A stretch of DNA of 61,847 nt. It comes from a virus. Lineage: Duplodnaviria; Caudoviricetes. The stretch covers positions 1 through 61,847 of the IMG/VR virus record IMGVR_UViG_3300048587_000332, one strand, 5' to 3'. Made by a program: the position numbers and the translations under genes. Position 1 is the stretch's first letter. The number at the start of each line of letters is the position of its first letter. The notes below the pieces were generated by a model. The model was not told the DNA's origin and ran no database searches. It worked only from the letters and a program-made list of their open reading frames with translations. This document shows positions 26,419-37,158 of the stretch, piece after piece.

Positions 26419-28281
26419 CTATCTGAACTGACCGAACTTAGGCGCGGCTGGAGGATTCTTTTCCTTCACTGCGTCTAGGATCGACTTCTTGCTCTTGACA
26501 GCTTCAATGCCGCGCTCCATATTCGCCAACACTTGATCGGCGTATTGAGGTCCGCGTTCTTTAGCTTGACTGTAGATGAGCGCACCTTCAATCAAGGTTT
26601 CGGGCTTAACAGCCTCTTCCAATTCGGCCCCCGAGAGATTCCCGGACAGCAGAGAGGCTGCTAGTTTTTCGGAAATGGCTTCGTGATAAGCACGAAACGA
26701 TTCGAGTTGTCTGTCAGAGAGTTTGCCTTTGCCGGTTGTGTACACGTCCATGAAAGCCAGATTTAGCGAAGAGGCAACCTGATTTTTCATGAATTTGCGC
26801 GATAGTTCGTAGAGACTATCGCCGTCGGCAGGCTGCGTCAAACTGATACGTTTGTATTCCTGGAACGAACCAGCAGCACCCGTTTGTTGTTTGATGGCAT
26901 TGTTGAGATTAGCTCTCAAGTCAATAATCAGATCTCGCACTTGAGGAGGCAGAGAGTTTTTACCTCCCGGTTCGGGAGACATGCTAGACTGCCAAACGCT
27001 ACGAACTTGGTCGTACCAAGATGCCGGTACTCCCGGTTCGGAGACAGGAGCCGCCAATAGGTCAATGATGTTGCGTGGATTGGCGGGCGAGAAATACTCC
27101 GCCCCGCCCTTCTCGATGATCCGGCTAACCGCCGACAACATGGAATGGTTAATCGCCACCTGAGACTGGTACAGTTCTTTCTCTTTGAACTGGGAACCAG
27201 ATTCGCTGGCGTACTGTTTGCCCGAGTTGTAGCGCACTTGCGGAGCGCCGTCCACAATGTTTTTGCGCACCCACCAACTCTTGGTATTGGTATTGGGAAC
27301 CTCGGCCGTACTCTGAAGGGTCCGTTGGGCCACCAGAGGTTTGGGCGAGGCATTTGCCGGAGGTGCCGGTGCTGGAATAGAAGGTCGAGATTGGCCTCCC
27401 AGTTGTTTCGTAGGAGCCGCCATATCCTTCGATTGCTGCGTAGGTGTAATCGAAATGGACGCCGTGGGCTTTTGCAACATCTGGGTAGCCGGGTTACCTC
27501 CAGCATCCACCACATTCCGAGTAAGCCATTGGGGACCTCGGCGTGTATGCGCAATAGCTTTGTACTCTTCAGCGTGGCGAGCAATATATTCAGCAGACCC
27601 CTTCTTCAAATGAGGGTACTTTTGCTGAACGAGAATATCGGCTTGATTGCCGATATCATCTTCAGCGCGACCTTCCATGATGCCGGTACGCTTCTGAGTA
27701 TCTTCCAATCTCGCTTGCGAGATGTCCAAACCTCTATCGCGCTGCTGTGCGGCTCTCGCAGCCCTCTCCATGTCTTGGCGAGCTTTCCACAGCTTTGCAG
27801 CGGCATCCATCTCGGCCTTCGTGCGGTCGTCAAACGACTGGGCAATGCGGTCCTCTGCCTTTGACTTGCCTTCCATCATCAAGCGCATTTGCGCCAGCGC
27901 ATTCATTTCCTGCTGTTGGCGGGTTCCGGCTTCTGCCTGCCGGCGTTCGTAAGGGGTCTTCAGCCGTTCTTTGAACTTAGCAGTATAGAAGGCATTCGCA
28001 ATGATTTCGCCAAGATCGCCAAGACGACTTCCCTGCGGAACCGGCTGCGTAGCCGTTTCGACATTACCGCGCATCCGTTCGATAATAGGATCAAACTGCT
28101 GGCTGGTTTCAGCCAACTGTGCCTGGCGCTGAGCTTCCTGGTGTTCGCGAATCTTCGCCAACATCTGCTGGAATTCCAGTTCTGCCGCCGCCTGTTGTGC
28201 CGCCGCCTGCTGAGCCATCGGCGCAGGCTGAGGAGCTTGTGGGTTCATCATTTCTGCGAGTTGTGTAAAGTTGAACGCCAT
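26419..28281 (-). CDS. Putative internal virion / ejection protein (620 aa)
   Basis: Q/A-rich coiled coil; podovirus synteny. Confidence 0.6.
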   Translation of the reverse strand: MAFNFTQLAEMMNPQAPQPAPMAQQAAAQQAAAELEFQQMLAKIREHQEAQRQAQLAETSQQFDPIIERMRGNVETATQPVPQGSRLGDLGEIIANAFYTAKFKERLKTPYERRQAEAGTRQQQEMNALAQMRLMMEGKSKAEDRIAQSFDDRTKAEMDAAAKLWKARQDMERAARAAQQRDRGLDISQARLEDTQKRTGIMEGRAEDDIGNQADILVQQKYPHLKKGSAEYIARHAEEYKAIAHTRRGPQWLTRNVVDAGGNPATQMLQKPTASISITPTQQSKDMAAPTKQLGGQSRPSIPAPAPPANASPKPLVAQRTLQSTAEVPNTNTKSWWVRKNIVDGAPQVRYNSGKQYASESGSQFKEKELYQSQVAINHSMLSAVSRIIEKGGAEYFSPANPRNIIDLLAAPVSEPGVPASWYDQVRSVWQSSMSPEPGGKNSLPPQVRDLIIDLRANLNNAIKQQTGAAGSFQEYKRISLTQPADGDSLYELSRKFMKNQVASSLNLAFMDVYTTGKGKLSDRQLESFRAYHEAISEKLAASLLSGNLSGAELEEAVKPETLIEGALIYSQAKERGPQYADQVLANMERGIEAVKSKKSILDAVKEKNPPAAPKFGQFR

Positions 28282-28289
28282 AGTAGCTC

Positions 28290-30692
28290 CTACGAAATGG
28301 GACTAAACCCCGGAAGTTTAGGCAACGATGTCACATAGGGCGCTACCGTTGCATTGGGAGTGGGCACAATTCCTGGCGTGCTTACATTAGGAATAGACAT
28401 CCGATTCCCAAACCACTGAGCCAGTCCAGGGCCGAGAGCCGTCAGCGCATCACTAATGGGCGACTTGCGCTGCCCGGCCGATAACGGGCTTTGCAGTCCA
28501 GTAGACCCTGAATACAGTCCACTTGCCGTGCTCAAATTCTGCCCACTCATTTGCGTCAGCAACGACAACAGTGAATTGATATTGGACATGCGGCCAATCT
28601 CGTTTCGAGACAGAAGCTCCTGGTTTGTGTTGAGCAAATTGCCCAAAGCTGTCCCCTGCTGGATGCCCAACTGAGACCCTTGGAGCAGATTTTTCACAAT
28701 CGAATCGAGGCCACTCTGCTGCAACTGGCCCATACCTTGGACGATATTACCGCCTGCGTTAATGCGCCCAGTCTGCTGGCCTACGCCAGAGGCTCCCAAC
28801 TGCCCGCCGCCAAGGGCGATTTGCATGATGGTGTTGAGGAAGTCTCCACCCATGCCCGTCCGCTGATTGGCCTGTTGCTGGCCTGCGGCTCCCAACTGGC
28901 CGAGAGTGCTTTCGCGTCCAGCAGCGGTGCTTAGCAGGTTGGAAACGCCACTCTGGCCGAGGCCCAGAAGCTGCGCCATCAGCGAAGCCCCCTGGCCTGC
29001 GGCTCCCGCGCCAGTGGCTTGCTGCTGCAACTGCAACCCCTGCTGGCCCATCATCGCATCCTGCTGTGCTTTCGCAATAGCTGCCGCGGCTCGGTCACCG
29101 AACTCCGCTCGCGCATCGTTGGCACTTCCCGAGCCGACCACGGCTCCGGGACCACCGCCACGCTGCTGTGCTTCGCGCCGCGCCTGCTCATACTGGTCTA
29201 GGACCGCTCGCCCTGCTTGGTCACCAGCGATGCCAATAACCTTCGACATGGGAAGCAGGGCTTCCCGATTGAAAAGGTCCATGCCACGATTGAACAGCGC
29301 GGTATTTTCCGCATTCTTACCGCCGCTCTGCAAAAGCGACATAAACGGCCCAAGCGCCTGCTGGATTTCCGGCGTCATCCCTCTAGTGCCAAGGGCATTA
29401 GCCCCTGCGCCCATAAGTGTTTGAAGGAAGGGCGTAGTACCGCCATTTTGGGTTAGTTCGTTCGCCAACGACTGAAGCTGCATCTGTTGGCCGGAACTGC
29501 CGGTCTGGAACGCTTGCGCCGTCTGGAACAACTGCGCCAGTTCGGGGGTCATTCCGCCAGAGGCGACCATGTTAGCCCCCTGCGTCATGGCGCTTTGTGC
29601 CCGAGGGTCGGCGATGCTCTGAAGCAGCATATTGATGGCTTGCGGGTCGGCGAGGTTCTGGCCGAACAGCGCGGGCATCGAACTGCCGGTTCGGGCAACG
29701 TCGCCCTGCAACGCGGAGAATTGAGGCGTAGCGCCTCCCGCTCCGAGCATCTGCTGAATGGCTTGTACTACCTGGGCCTGTTGTTCGGCGGACAAGTTGG
29801 CGAACTCATCACCGCGACCGAGGAGGTCTGCAATTGCGCCCTGAAGGGTTTCATTGGCTGCGTCGTTCGAAGACCGCTGCCCCAGGCCGCCAAGGATGCC
29901 GGTAATTGCGGGCGCTAGAGCACCCATTGCTTGCTGGAAACCCTGGTTTCCGAAGAGATTTCCGAGCCACGAACCAATACCGCTGAACATCGTCGCACCT
30001 CCCGCCGCTGCTGGTAAAGCCCAATTAGCGGCAGAGCCGCCTCCCAGATTCAAAGGGCCGGAGGCCCCCGTTCCCGAAGCCCCTCCGGGGCTTCCCATTA
30101 CACGCTGAGCGAGGTTGAGACCTCCTCCGCCTACGGCGGACCCTGCGCCGCTAATTTGCGGCATCTGCAACCCATTCGCCTGCGCGAAATCTGTGGCCCG
30201 CCCGCCGCCCGTAATAGGAGTCACATAGTATTTGTAGAAGTCATGCTTACCGCCCGCCTGCCGTTCGGCAACACTACGCGCCCCGATATCCCCCAACTGA
30301 TCCTTGTATTTCTCGAATTTCGAGAACATATCCTGAATAATAGCTTCTTGTTCCGCCGCGAATCGTAACTTCTGTTCCGGCGTAGCATTCGCGCCATTCT
30401 TCAGGAAGTCATCCCTGCGCTGCGTAAGCAACCTATCGTAAGGTTCGACCAAATTGGTCGCCCCTACCATCTTCGGCCCGTCGGACCCAGGCCCGAACAT
30501 CTTTGCTGCTAACGGCAGTAAGGCTGCACCCACAGCCGTAAACGGGTTGCTCAGCAACCCCGCCATCGTTGCACCCATCAGCCCTGAGGCCGCAGCACTC
30601 CCCATAGCGGTTGTGGCCATCGTTCCAAGCCCGACGCCAGTGCCCACACCACCTAGAATTTTATCTAAAGTCGGAGCTTGGTATTCAGCCAT
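28290..30692 (-). CDS. Putative ejection / pilot protein (800 aa)
   Basis: G/Q/A-rich with hydrophobic glycine-zipper segments; own promoter at 30702-30710. Confidence 0.6.
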   Translation of the reverse strand: MAEYQAPTLDKILGGVGTGVGLGTMATTAMGSAAASGLMGATMAGLLSNPFTAVGAALLPLAAKMFGPGSDGPKMVGATNLVEPYDRLLTQRRDDFLKNGANATPEQKLRFAAEQEAIIQDMFSKFEKYKDQLGDIGARSVAERQAGGKHDFYKYYVTPITGGGRATDFAQANGLQMPQISGAGSAVGGGGLNLAQRVMGSPGGASGTGASGPLNLGGGSAANWALPAAAGGATMFSGIGSWLGNLFGNQGFQQAMGALAPAITGILGGLGQRSSNDAANETLQGAIADLLGRGDEFANLSAEQQAQVVQAIQQMLGAGGATPQFSALQGDVARTGSSMPALFGQNLADPQAINMLLQSIADPRAQSAMTQGANMVASGGMTPELAQLFQTAQAFQTGSSGQQMQLQSLANELTQNGGTTPFLQTLMGAGANALGTRGMTPEIQQALGPFMSLLQSGGKNAENTALFNRGMDLFNREALLPMSKVIGIAGDQAGRAVLDQYEQARREAQQRGGGPGAVVGSGSANDARAEFGDRAAAAIAKAQQDAMMGQQGLQLQQQATGAGAAGQGASLMAQLLGLGQSGVSNLLSTAAGRESTLGQLGAAGQQQANQRTGMGGDFLNTIMQIALGGGQLGASGVGQQTGRINAGGNIVQGMGQLQQSGLDSIVKNLLQGSQLGIQQGTALGNLLNTNQELLSRNEIGRMSNINSLLSLLTQMSGQNLSTASGLYSGSTGLQSPLSAGQRKSPISDALTALGPGLAQWFGNRMSIPNVSTPGIVPTPNATVAPYVTSLPKLPGFSPIS

Positions 30693-30782
30693 CCTACTAC
30701 TATTTTACCATTGCGGTCCGGGCGGGCCCGTGCTATCCTGTCTATGTAAGTCAATCGGCGCAGTGCGCCAGAGGAGGATTTT

Positions 30783-31559
30783 ATGTTTGAACCTTGGAGA
30801 TTGCAAGTTGAGAAAACGATTACGGTGGAAGAACTCTATGGAACTGTGAATCCGCCGATTTCGACGGGGTTTCGAGGAATTGCGTTTCGGCCCGCAAAGA
30901 GAGGGGAAAAGTGGTTAGGGAAGTTCAGCGGTCAGGTAGTTACCGCATACAGCGACTACTCCGAAGATTGCCCTGTCATCATCCTCGCCCCGGCGTTGAC
31001 CGAGATCGAGGAAAAGTACGGCGAGGGTGAGACGGTGGAGTCCGTCTGGGCGAAGCACTGCCCTTGCCCGGAGAAGTATGGGGAGCCGAGAGCGGATGGG
31101 CCGCCTTACGGGAATAAAAGTGTGTTTGCGTGGATTTCTATCAATGGGCGATTTATCGAAGAAATCTACGGGAGTTGGAATATGCCAGGACTGGTTTACG
31201 CCTATCGCCTCAACGACTGGCAGATCCTGTACGGCGAGGCCATCCCCGACGCGGCGGCGCTGGAAGCAAAGCTGCGAGCGGAGGGGGAGCTTGGGGAGAA
31301 CCAGTTCATTGAGGCAGAGTTGATGCCCGTTGACCGGGATCTCTGGTTTGTCAGCAAAGCCCCTGACTGCGGTATCTTGCGATCTCACGTCCCCTTTATC
31401 GAACGTCCGTTCCGCGCCATCGTCGGAACACGCAAGCGGCGGTATCTGCGGGTGCCTGTCTGCCGCGGCGATGTAGTGCAGATATCCATACCGGAAAAGC
31501 GTTCGGTTTCCTACGTGGGAATCTCCGAGTTTCCCGGAGCACAAATCGTCGAAGAATAG
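30783..31559 (+). CDS. Hypothetical moron-like protein, paralog of 23050-23739
   Basis: Opposite strand within the virion arm; GAGGAGG SD; FRPAKRGEKWL...PVIIL..LTEIEEKYGEG. Confidence 0.75.
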   Translation: MFEPWRLQVEKTITVEELYGTVNPPISTGFRGIAFRPAKRGEKWLGKFSGQVVTAYSDYSEDCPVIILAPALTEIEEKYGEGETVESVWAKHCPCPEKYGEPRADGPPYGNKSVFAWISINGRFIEEIYGSWNMPGLVYAYRLNDWQILYGEAIPDAAALEAKLRAEGELGENQFIEAELMPVDRDLWFVSKAPDCGILRSHVPFIERPFRAIVGTRKRRYLRVPVCRGDVVQISIPEKRSVSYVGISEFPGAQIVEE

Positions 31560-31569
31560 CTCGCGTCTA

Positions 31570-31649
31570 TGCTACACTAGTTGTAGACCCCCAAAAACAC
31601 AGAGAGGCGGCTACCGTGCCGCCCTTTGTGCATTTTGTAGGTGCTTTTT
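31570..31649 (+). ncRNA. Promoter + hairpin small-RNA unit E5
   Basis: TGCTACACT-AGTTGTAGACCCCCAAAAA, hairpin CACAGAG-A-GGCGGC(TACCGT)GCCGCC-CTTTGTG; no co-directional gene follows. Confidence 0.65.
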
Positions 31650-31917
31650 ACTTGCGCGTGAATGTGAAGGTCTGCGCGTCGTAGTCCCAGTTGCCTTTGA
31701 GGTCGAGTTCGGCCATTAGCCCTGCCAAATAGCCGCGCATTCGTTCCTGGAATGGGTGAGCCGCCTGCTGGATAGCCTCGCTCGTCTGGGCGTCAATTGC
31801 CTTTAGATTTTCCCGATGCCTCGGGCTTAACGTCACTGTTTGTGGCTGCTCCGAGGCTGGCTCGGAGTTCGAAGTGGGGGCAGTTTTTGCCGGGGTCGTT
31901 ATTGATGTCTCTGACAT
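31648..31917 (-). CDS. Hypothetical protein
   Basis: AAGGA SD; ends ...WDYDAQTFTF. Confidence 0.55.
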   Translation of the reverse strand: MSETSITTPAKTAPTSNSEPASEQPQTVTLSPRHRENLKAIDAQTSEAIQQAAHPFQERMRGYLAGLMAELDLKGNWDYDAQTFTFTRK

Positions 31918-32116
31918 TGGCGTATCCTTTCCATACCTCCATCGTACCATTTACCGGGTCCCAGATTTGGTACAGCGTACTTACCGCGCGGCACTTGAGA
32001 GGCGCGAACCACTCGGCTTCCTCGCGAGTTTCGATCTTAGGCACCGTGTCGTTCTCGAAGGTGCCGTTTCCCGAAAAGTTGGCGCAATCCCTGCAAGCTG
32101 TCATTAGGTTGTCCAC
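31793..32116 (-). CDS. Cys-containing hypothetical protein
   Basis: CRDCANF...C...DP.NG...N....CPHFE. Confidence 0.6.
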   Translation of the reverse strand: MDNLMTACRDCANFSGNGTFENDTVPKIETREEAEWFAPLKCRAVSTLYQIWDPVNGTMEVWKGYANVRDINNDPGKNCPHFELRASLGAATNSDVKPEASGKSKGN

Positions 32117-33522
32117 CCTGTAATGATGCCGCCGCTAATAGTCACCGTGCGGCTGACGCCTCCACTATCAAGTGCCGTTCTCGTCCCTGTAATACCTGCG
32201 TTTCCATTGTGGCGGTAAACTGTCCCTGAGTTGACCACTTCGAAATCTACGAAACAATCGAAGCCAGAACTGGAGGATTGCCACACGCGGGAGAAGGCTC
32301 CGTCCCCGTGCTCGATAGTATCCGTAGGGCCGAACTGTACGTCGTCCGAGAATTGCATATCGCCGCCGGAGTTGACGCGGAATTTGGTAACCCCGGCCAA
32401 TTGGATAATGATGGGGTCGGTTCCGGCAGTCCCATTTAGTACAATTTGGCCGCCGTTGAGAATTTGCTGCGTGGAGGTAATCCGATTGTAATTGGTTCCG
32501 TCCGAAATTTGGACATAAGATGCCGTCAAGTCTAGGACAAAAGTGCCTCTTGAGAATCTAGCAAAACTTCCTGTCATTACTAAGGAGCCGGTGCCGTCTG
32601 AGATAGCTACTTGAGTTCCGTCAATTTGGAGGAAGCGGCCTCCTGAATAACTTAATGCGACGGCAGTTGAAGAGATGCTCAGACTTTGAGCGCCGTTGCT
32701 CATGATAATGGCAGTCCCGGAGATGGTAGTGAGATAAGCGCCTCGGCTTAACACAATGTTGTTGGAGGCGTTAATTGTGATTGAAGCTGTGCCGTCGGAT
32801 AAACTTATCGAAGTTGTGGAAAGGTCTAGAGAGCGCGTCCCTTTTGTTAATACGATATTTCCGCTAGAGTTAATCACTACGGAGGCGGTTCCATCCCCAA
32901 TAGCAATGGCGCTACCGCTAATACTCACATTGCGGATTCCGTCTGACATTCGGATACCCGTGGAAGCGATTTCAAGCAAATAGCTTCCGTTTTGGAAGGT
33001 AGCAGTGCCCGTAAACAGCGCGGTCCCTGCAAGTAGCTTGCCGATCGACACAGAAGCGATGTCGTCGTCCTCGATCTGAGATTGAGTGGAGATGCCGGTC
33101 ACTGTCGAGCTAAGCTCACGCGGAGAAGCGAAACCGTTCTTCAGTTGGGTTTGCACCCAGAATGTAACGGGTGAAGTGGAGTCACCTCCAACACGGATGC
33201 GGCACGGGGCTTTGCCCACGGAAGCGACGATCTTAGGCTCCTCCAAGTCGTTCGCTCGCTTGGCATACACATTGTACCTATCTACGTTCAGGAAGCGCGG
33301 GAGATCTTCCCAAGTAAGTAGGAACTCGCTTCCTAGAAAGGAGTCAGACAGGGGCGTTACACGAAGAGCTTCGACTGTCGGAACCTGAGTACTGCCGGTC
33401 AGACGTGGAGCAAATGCGCTGCCTTGGCCTGCGGACGCAGTTCCGATGAGGGAGCGCATAGCGTCGGCTACGCGCTTCAACTCATTCTGCGTGACCATCG
33501 TGGAGTTAGTATCCAATGCCAC
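32104..33522 (-). CDS. Tail fibre / spike-like protein
   Basis: Fn3-like N-terminus, repeated I.ISDGT beta units, C-terminal TVTISGGIITG. Confidence 0.65.
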   Translation of the reverse strand: MALDTNSTMVTQNELKRVADAMRSLIGTASAGQGSAFAPRLTGSTQVPTVEALRVTPLSDSFLGSEFLLTWEDLPRFLNVDRYNVYAKRANDLEEPKIVASVGKAPCRIRVGGDSTSPVTFWVQTQLKNGFASPRELSSTVTGISTQSQIEDDDIASVSIGKLLAGTALFTGTATFQNGSYLLEIASTGIRMSDGIRNVSISGSAIAIGDGTASVVINSSGNIVLTKGTRSLDLSTTSISLSDGTASITINASNNIVLSRGAYLTTISGTAIIMSNGAQSLSISSTAVALSYSGGRFLQIDGTQVAISDGTGSLVMTGSFARFSRGTFVLDLTASYVQISDGTNYNRITSTQQILNGGQIVLNGTAGTDPIIIQLAGVTKFRVNSGGDMQFSDDVQFGPTDTIEHGDGAFSRVWQSSSSGFDCFVDFEVVNSGTVYRHNGNAGITGTRTALDSGGVSRTVTISGGIITGWTT

Positions 33523-35845
33523 CAGTGTACTCCCAAATAATTCTCATGCCGTGACATTCGAACTTCTCGTTGACTGCCGATTTTGCTACGTTGATCCCGA
33601 TTCGCTCGCCCACCTTGTAAATGTTGTCGCAATACTTGTAGGCGAGATAATCGGTACTCTGCGATCTACGCGGCGGCGGATACGCAGTGCCGGAAGCAAC
33701 CGATGTGCTCATGCTGTCAATAAAGAATGTGAGCGTCGGTTCCGTATCCCCCGTAAACTTCTTTCGTTCGAACACAACTGCATAGATGCATGGCACAAAT
33801 GTCGGTTTCTTGTATGTGTTCACGTTATTTCCCGAGGGAATGCCGAACAGGTTCGTCTTATAAGAGTAGGTATAATTCTGCGCAGCGGCGGGTACGTAGT
33901 CCTGTGTTCCGTCATCCTGGTAGTAGTTTAGCGAAACAGTATTAGTGCTCCTATTCCAACCGCTGCCGATTAGATAGTCTTTTGTGTCTGTCTCATAAAT
34001 CTGACCGCTTGCGATGCAAGACACAGGCAAATCCCAAGGAGTATACCAGAAGATACCCTCTTGTTGCAAGTCAAATACAAAGGTTCGCGTAAGCGAAGCA
34101 TCGGAAATGTTCGTTGCCTGCAACACAACCCAGTCAAGCTGGTCTACTTGGTAGGAAGTAAGATAGAGGCGCAGGTTTGAAACGCCATTCGACGGCGCTA
34201 GGCGCGTAGCCAGTTCTGCCCCCAGCGGGTCGCCAATAGGTTCCTTCTGGTTGTCGCGGGCGCGGAAAATGCGGTTGTTGTTGGACACCCAGTAGACCAC
34301 ATCGCCCTTGGCGCACATGCCCCACCCGTCCTTCGCCCCTACGTCAGTGAATAGCGGTTGGATGGAGAACGAGGGCTTGTCGAAGCCCTTCAGCCAGTAA
34401 GTGCGTCTCGTTGTGAAGATATAGAGCGATTCCGCCGTGGACACCATACCAACAAGCGGTTCCTGGAGGCGGAAGAAGTTCCCTAGTGTACCCGACGGCC
34501 AAGCCTCTTCGGGCTTCCCTTGGTCCAATTCTTCAAGGGCGCTGTAAAACAGCACGTTGCCAATTCCGTACCACAGACGGCCCGCGAACTTAACGATAGG
34601 CGTCGAGGGATGGGGCGTAGTGGTTCCGACGATCCCGCCGTCTTCCGCCAACACCGTAGGGGGCGGAGAATTGGAAGTGAGGGTAGGAGCTACGCTCGCC
34701 TTATCCAACTGCGAGTCTGGCACTGGGTCCAAACCATAATAAGTAATAGTCGCCCCGTTCGAATGGGAAGCTGCGGTCGTTCCGGCGAAGCCGCGCTCGA
34801 CGGTGAACGTAGTGCCGCTTACAGCAGTCACTTTAATGTATTCACTGCCAATGAGAATGGCGAAGTCGCCATACCCAGGGAAGTTGGTGGCGGAAGCCAC
34901 CACTAGCGAAAGTACACTCGAACTAATTCCGCCATTTAGTGTGGTTGTGACCGTCCCACCAGTCAAACCGCTCACAAAGCTATTGTCGGTGTAGGTCTGA
35001 GACGAACTGGGCGTCATTGCCGACACGTCAATGGTGTCTAGTTCGTACCAAGTACCGCCACCGTCAGTTGTGCGAAATACTACAACTGTAGGAAAATTGG
35101 TAGGGTCGGCGGGAACAACGTATGTCAATTTCGGCAAAAGGTTACTGAAAGCGCCCGTGTTGCTGGCCGGGAAGTCGTAGTTCGTTTCGAGCGGCGAACG
35201 GTTGGTAATGTGCCCCGTAAGACTCTTGTAGGCGTAGGTGTACTGCCACCCTTGCGAAACCGTGAAGGGGTGGGCGGAGGAAGTCCAAGCACTGTAGAGC
35301 GCATCGCCGGTCTTGTATTGGTTGGTCATCCGCGCGGCAGTAGACGGCCCCAAAGCGCCCCACGGTTTCACCGTCAAATCGTCTCCGTTGAAGACGACGG
35401 TACCGAGCTTTTCGCTGCTTGCGTTTGCGGGATATCCCTTGACATAGAGGAGGCCCCGAGACTCACACATCTCATGAGGGCGCGTGGAAGCGTTAATATC
35501 TCGGTACGAAGTGATTTGCGTCCACACGGTAGGCGCAGAAGGACGTGTATAATAGACGCTCCAAGTGGTGGATGCCGTGTCGTAGACAGACGCCATCACA
35601 AAGGACTTGGGCGAAGCGCCCATGGTCGTATAGCAATAGAGACGGTCGATTCGCTTATTCGCCCCGATGGTACTGGCGGCAGCTACCTGAGACATTGATC
35701 CGCGCTTCTTGAGGAACCCTCCTGTAGCGGTCTGGTTATTCAAGCCAGAGACAATACGCGGAGCTGGATCAAGGTCCGACAGGATAGCGTCGAACGGAAG
35801 CCGAAGGGGAATAGATATGCCGTCAAGCTGATTCTCTTGTGCCAT
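33506..35845 (-). CDS. Tail nozzle / packaged-DNA stabilisation protein (P22 gp10 / T7 gp12-like)
   Basis: 779 aa beta-rich; GRLW...LFYS propeller-type motifs; synteny after the adaptors. Confidence 0.65.
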   Translation of the reverse strand: MAQENQLDGISIPLRLPFDAILSDLDPAPRIVSGLNNQTATGGFLKKRGSMSQVAAASTIGANKRIDRLYCYTTMGASPKSFVMASVYDTASTTWSVYYTRPSAPTVWTQITSYRDINASTRPHEMCESRGLLYVKGYPANASSEKLGTVVFNGDDLTVKPWGALGPSTAARMTNQYKTGDALYSAWTSSAHPFTVSQGWQYTYAYKSLTGHITNRSPLETNYDFPASNTGAFSNLLPKLTYVVPADPTNFPTVVVFRTTDGGGTWYELDTIDVSAMTPSSSQTYTDNSFVSGLTGGTVTTTLNGGISSSVLSLVVASATNFPGYGDFAILIGSEYIKVTAVSGTTFTVERGFAGTTAASHSNGATITYYGLDPVPDSQLDKASVAPTLTSNSPPPTVLAEDGGIVGTTTPHPSTPIVKFAGRLWYGIGNVLFYSALEELDQGKPEEAWPSGTLGNFFRLQEPLVGMVSTAESLYIFTTRRTYWLKGFDKPSFSIQPLFTDVGAKDGWGMCAKGDVVYWVSNNNRIFRARDNQKEPIGDPLGAELATRLAPSNGVSNLRLYLTSYQVDQLDWVVLQATNISDASLTRTFVFDLQQEGIFWYTPWDLPVSCIASGQIYETDTKDYLIGSGWNRSTNTVSLNYYQDDGTQDYVPAAAQNYTYSYKTNLFGIPSGNNVNTYKKPTFVPCIYAVVFERKKFTGDTEPTLTFFIDSMSTSVASGTAYPPPRRSQSTDYLAYKYCDNIYKVGERIGINVAKSAVNEKFECHGMRIIWEYTGGIGY

Positions 35846-35853
35846 TGATCCCC

Positions 35854-37158
35854 TTACATATAGAATTCAGGATAAAGTGCTCGTTGCAGATACGCCGCTG
35901 GGCCGAAGTTGGCGTACATCCCCGTAGGAGATACGTCGAACAAATCCTTTGGTGTGAGCAAGCTAGTGATCTGATCGCCGAGGTTGGCGAAGTTGCTGAT
36001 TACCTTCAGCCCATCCAGATAGTCTTGCCCGAAGGGTGCTCCCGGTGTGCCGAGATTGCCCGTTGCGTTGAAGTTCTGGATTGTGAACGGGTTGCTCCCT
36101 TGGTAGATGCCTTGCAGCAGTTGGATGAAAGAATCAATCGCCGAACGATTACCCGCAGGGCTATTGCCCGTTCCGCTACCGCTGCCAGTACCGCCCGAGC
36201 CGCCCGTACCGGGCGTCGTTGGTGCGGTGGGCGTCGATTGCGAAAAGATGCCCTGCGCCGCAGGCGAGGACGCCGCGCTCTGGAGAGCCGCTTGCAGGTC
36301 CGACACGTTGGTGAACTGCTGCGGGATGATGTACTGGAGCCCCGCATTTACCGTCGGATTGTTTCGGTTTTCAAAGAGAAACTTACCAATGTCATCCTGC
36401 CCGGAAATGAAGTAAGGCGCATACGCGCTCAAGTCTACCAACTGGCCCGTCAGCGGGTCCGCATAGCGATACATGCCCACCCCACCAGGGCCGCTTACGG
36501 TACCCGAGCCGGGACCGAAGACGTTGCCCATCTTCTGGGACCAGTCGCGAATATCGCCACTCTCGTTCAGAATCGGCGCATTTAGGCCAAGAAGCTCCAT
36601 CAGCTTCCGCGCCCCTTGATCGTTCAAGAAGCGATCCCCCACCGTCCACGCTTGGCCTGTATCAGAATTGATACCTTTCCAGTCTGCGAACGGATTGAAT
36701 CCGAAAGCGCCCCAGCTATCGGGCGTACCCGTGGACACGCTGCCGTCCGGGTTCAGCACAGGCCCGCCGAAGTTCGGCGTCTGCACATTCTGGCCCATAC
36801 TCTCCACAAAATACGGAGACATGAAATTCGTCGCAGGTGCATACGGATTTGGTGCGGCGCTTGCGTCCCCGGAAGGGGCCTGCGTAGGCGCTGCCGGGGG
36901 CACCGAAAACATCGGATTTGCCGGGGCCGTAGGCGCAGCCTGCGGAGTCGGAGACGGCGTATTCCTCACGCTATAGCCAGAAGTGCGCGAGGTGGCTCCG
37001 TAACTGGAGGTGGGAGCGTAGGGCTGCGAGGTGCGGCCACCGAAGGTCTCTTCGAAAGTAGCTGTTCGCCCAGTGGTAGGGACGGGTTCGTTGGGGCCGT
37101 AGTTGACGCGAGGCGTTGGAGTCGCCGTTCTTGAAAGTCGAATCGCATTAGTAGCCAT
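35854..37158 (-). CDS. P/T/G-rich virion-associated protein
   Basis: Long ORF in the tail module. Confidence 0.6.
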   Translation of the reverse strand: MATNAIRLSRTATPTPRVNYGPNEPVPTTGRTATFEETFGGRTSQPYAPTSSYGATSRTSGYSVRNTPSPTPQAAPTAPANPMFSVPPAAPTQAPSGDASAAPNPYAPATNFMSPYFVESMGQNVQTPNFGGPVLNPDGSVSTGTPDSWGAFGFNPFADWKGINSDTGQAWTVGDRFLNDQGARKLMELLGLNAPILNESGDIRDWSQKMGNVFGPGSGTVSGPGGVGMYRYADPLTGQLVDLSAYAPYFISGQDDIGKFLFENRNNPTVNAGLQYIIPQQFTNVSDLQAALQSAASSPAAQGIFSQSTPTAPTTPGTGGSGGTGSGSGTGNSPAGNRSAIDSFIQLLQGIYQGSNPFTIQNFNATGNLGTPGAPFGQDYLDGLKVISNFANLGDQITSLLTPKDLFDVSPTGMYANFGPAAYLQRALYPEFYM

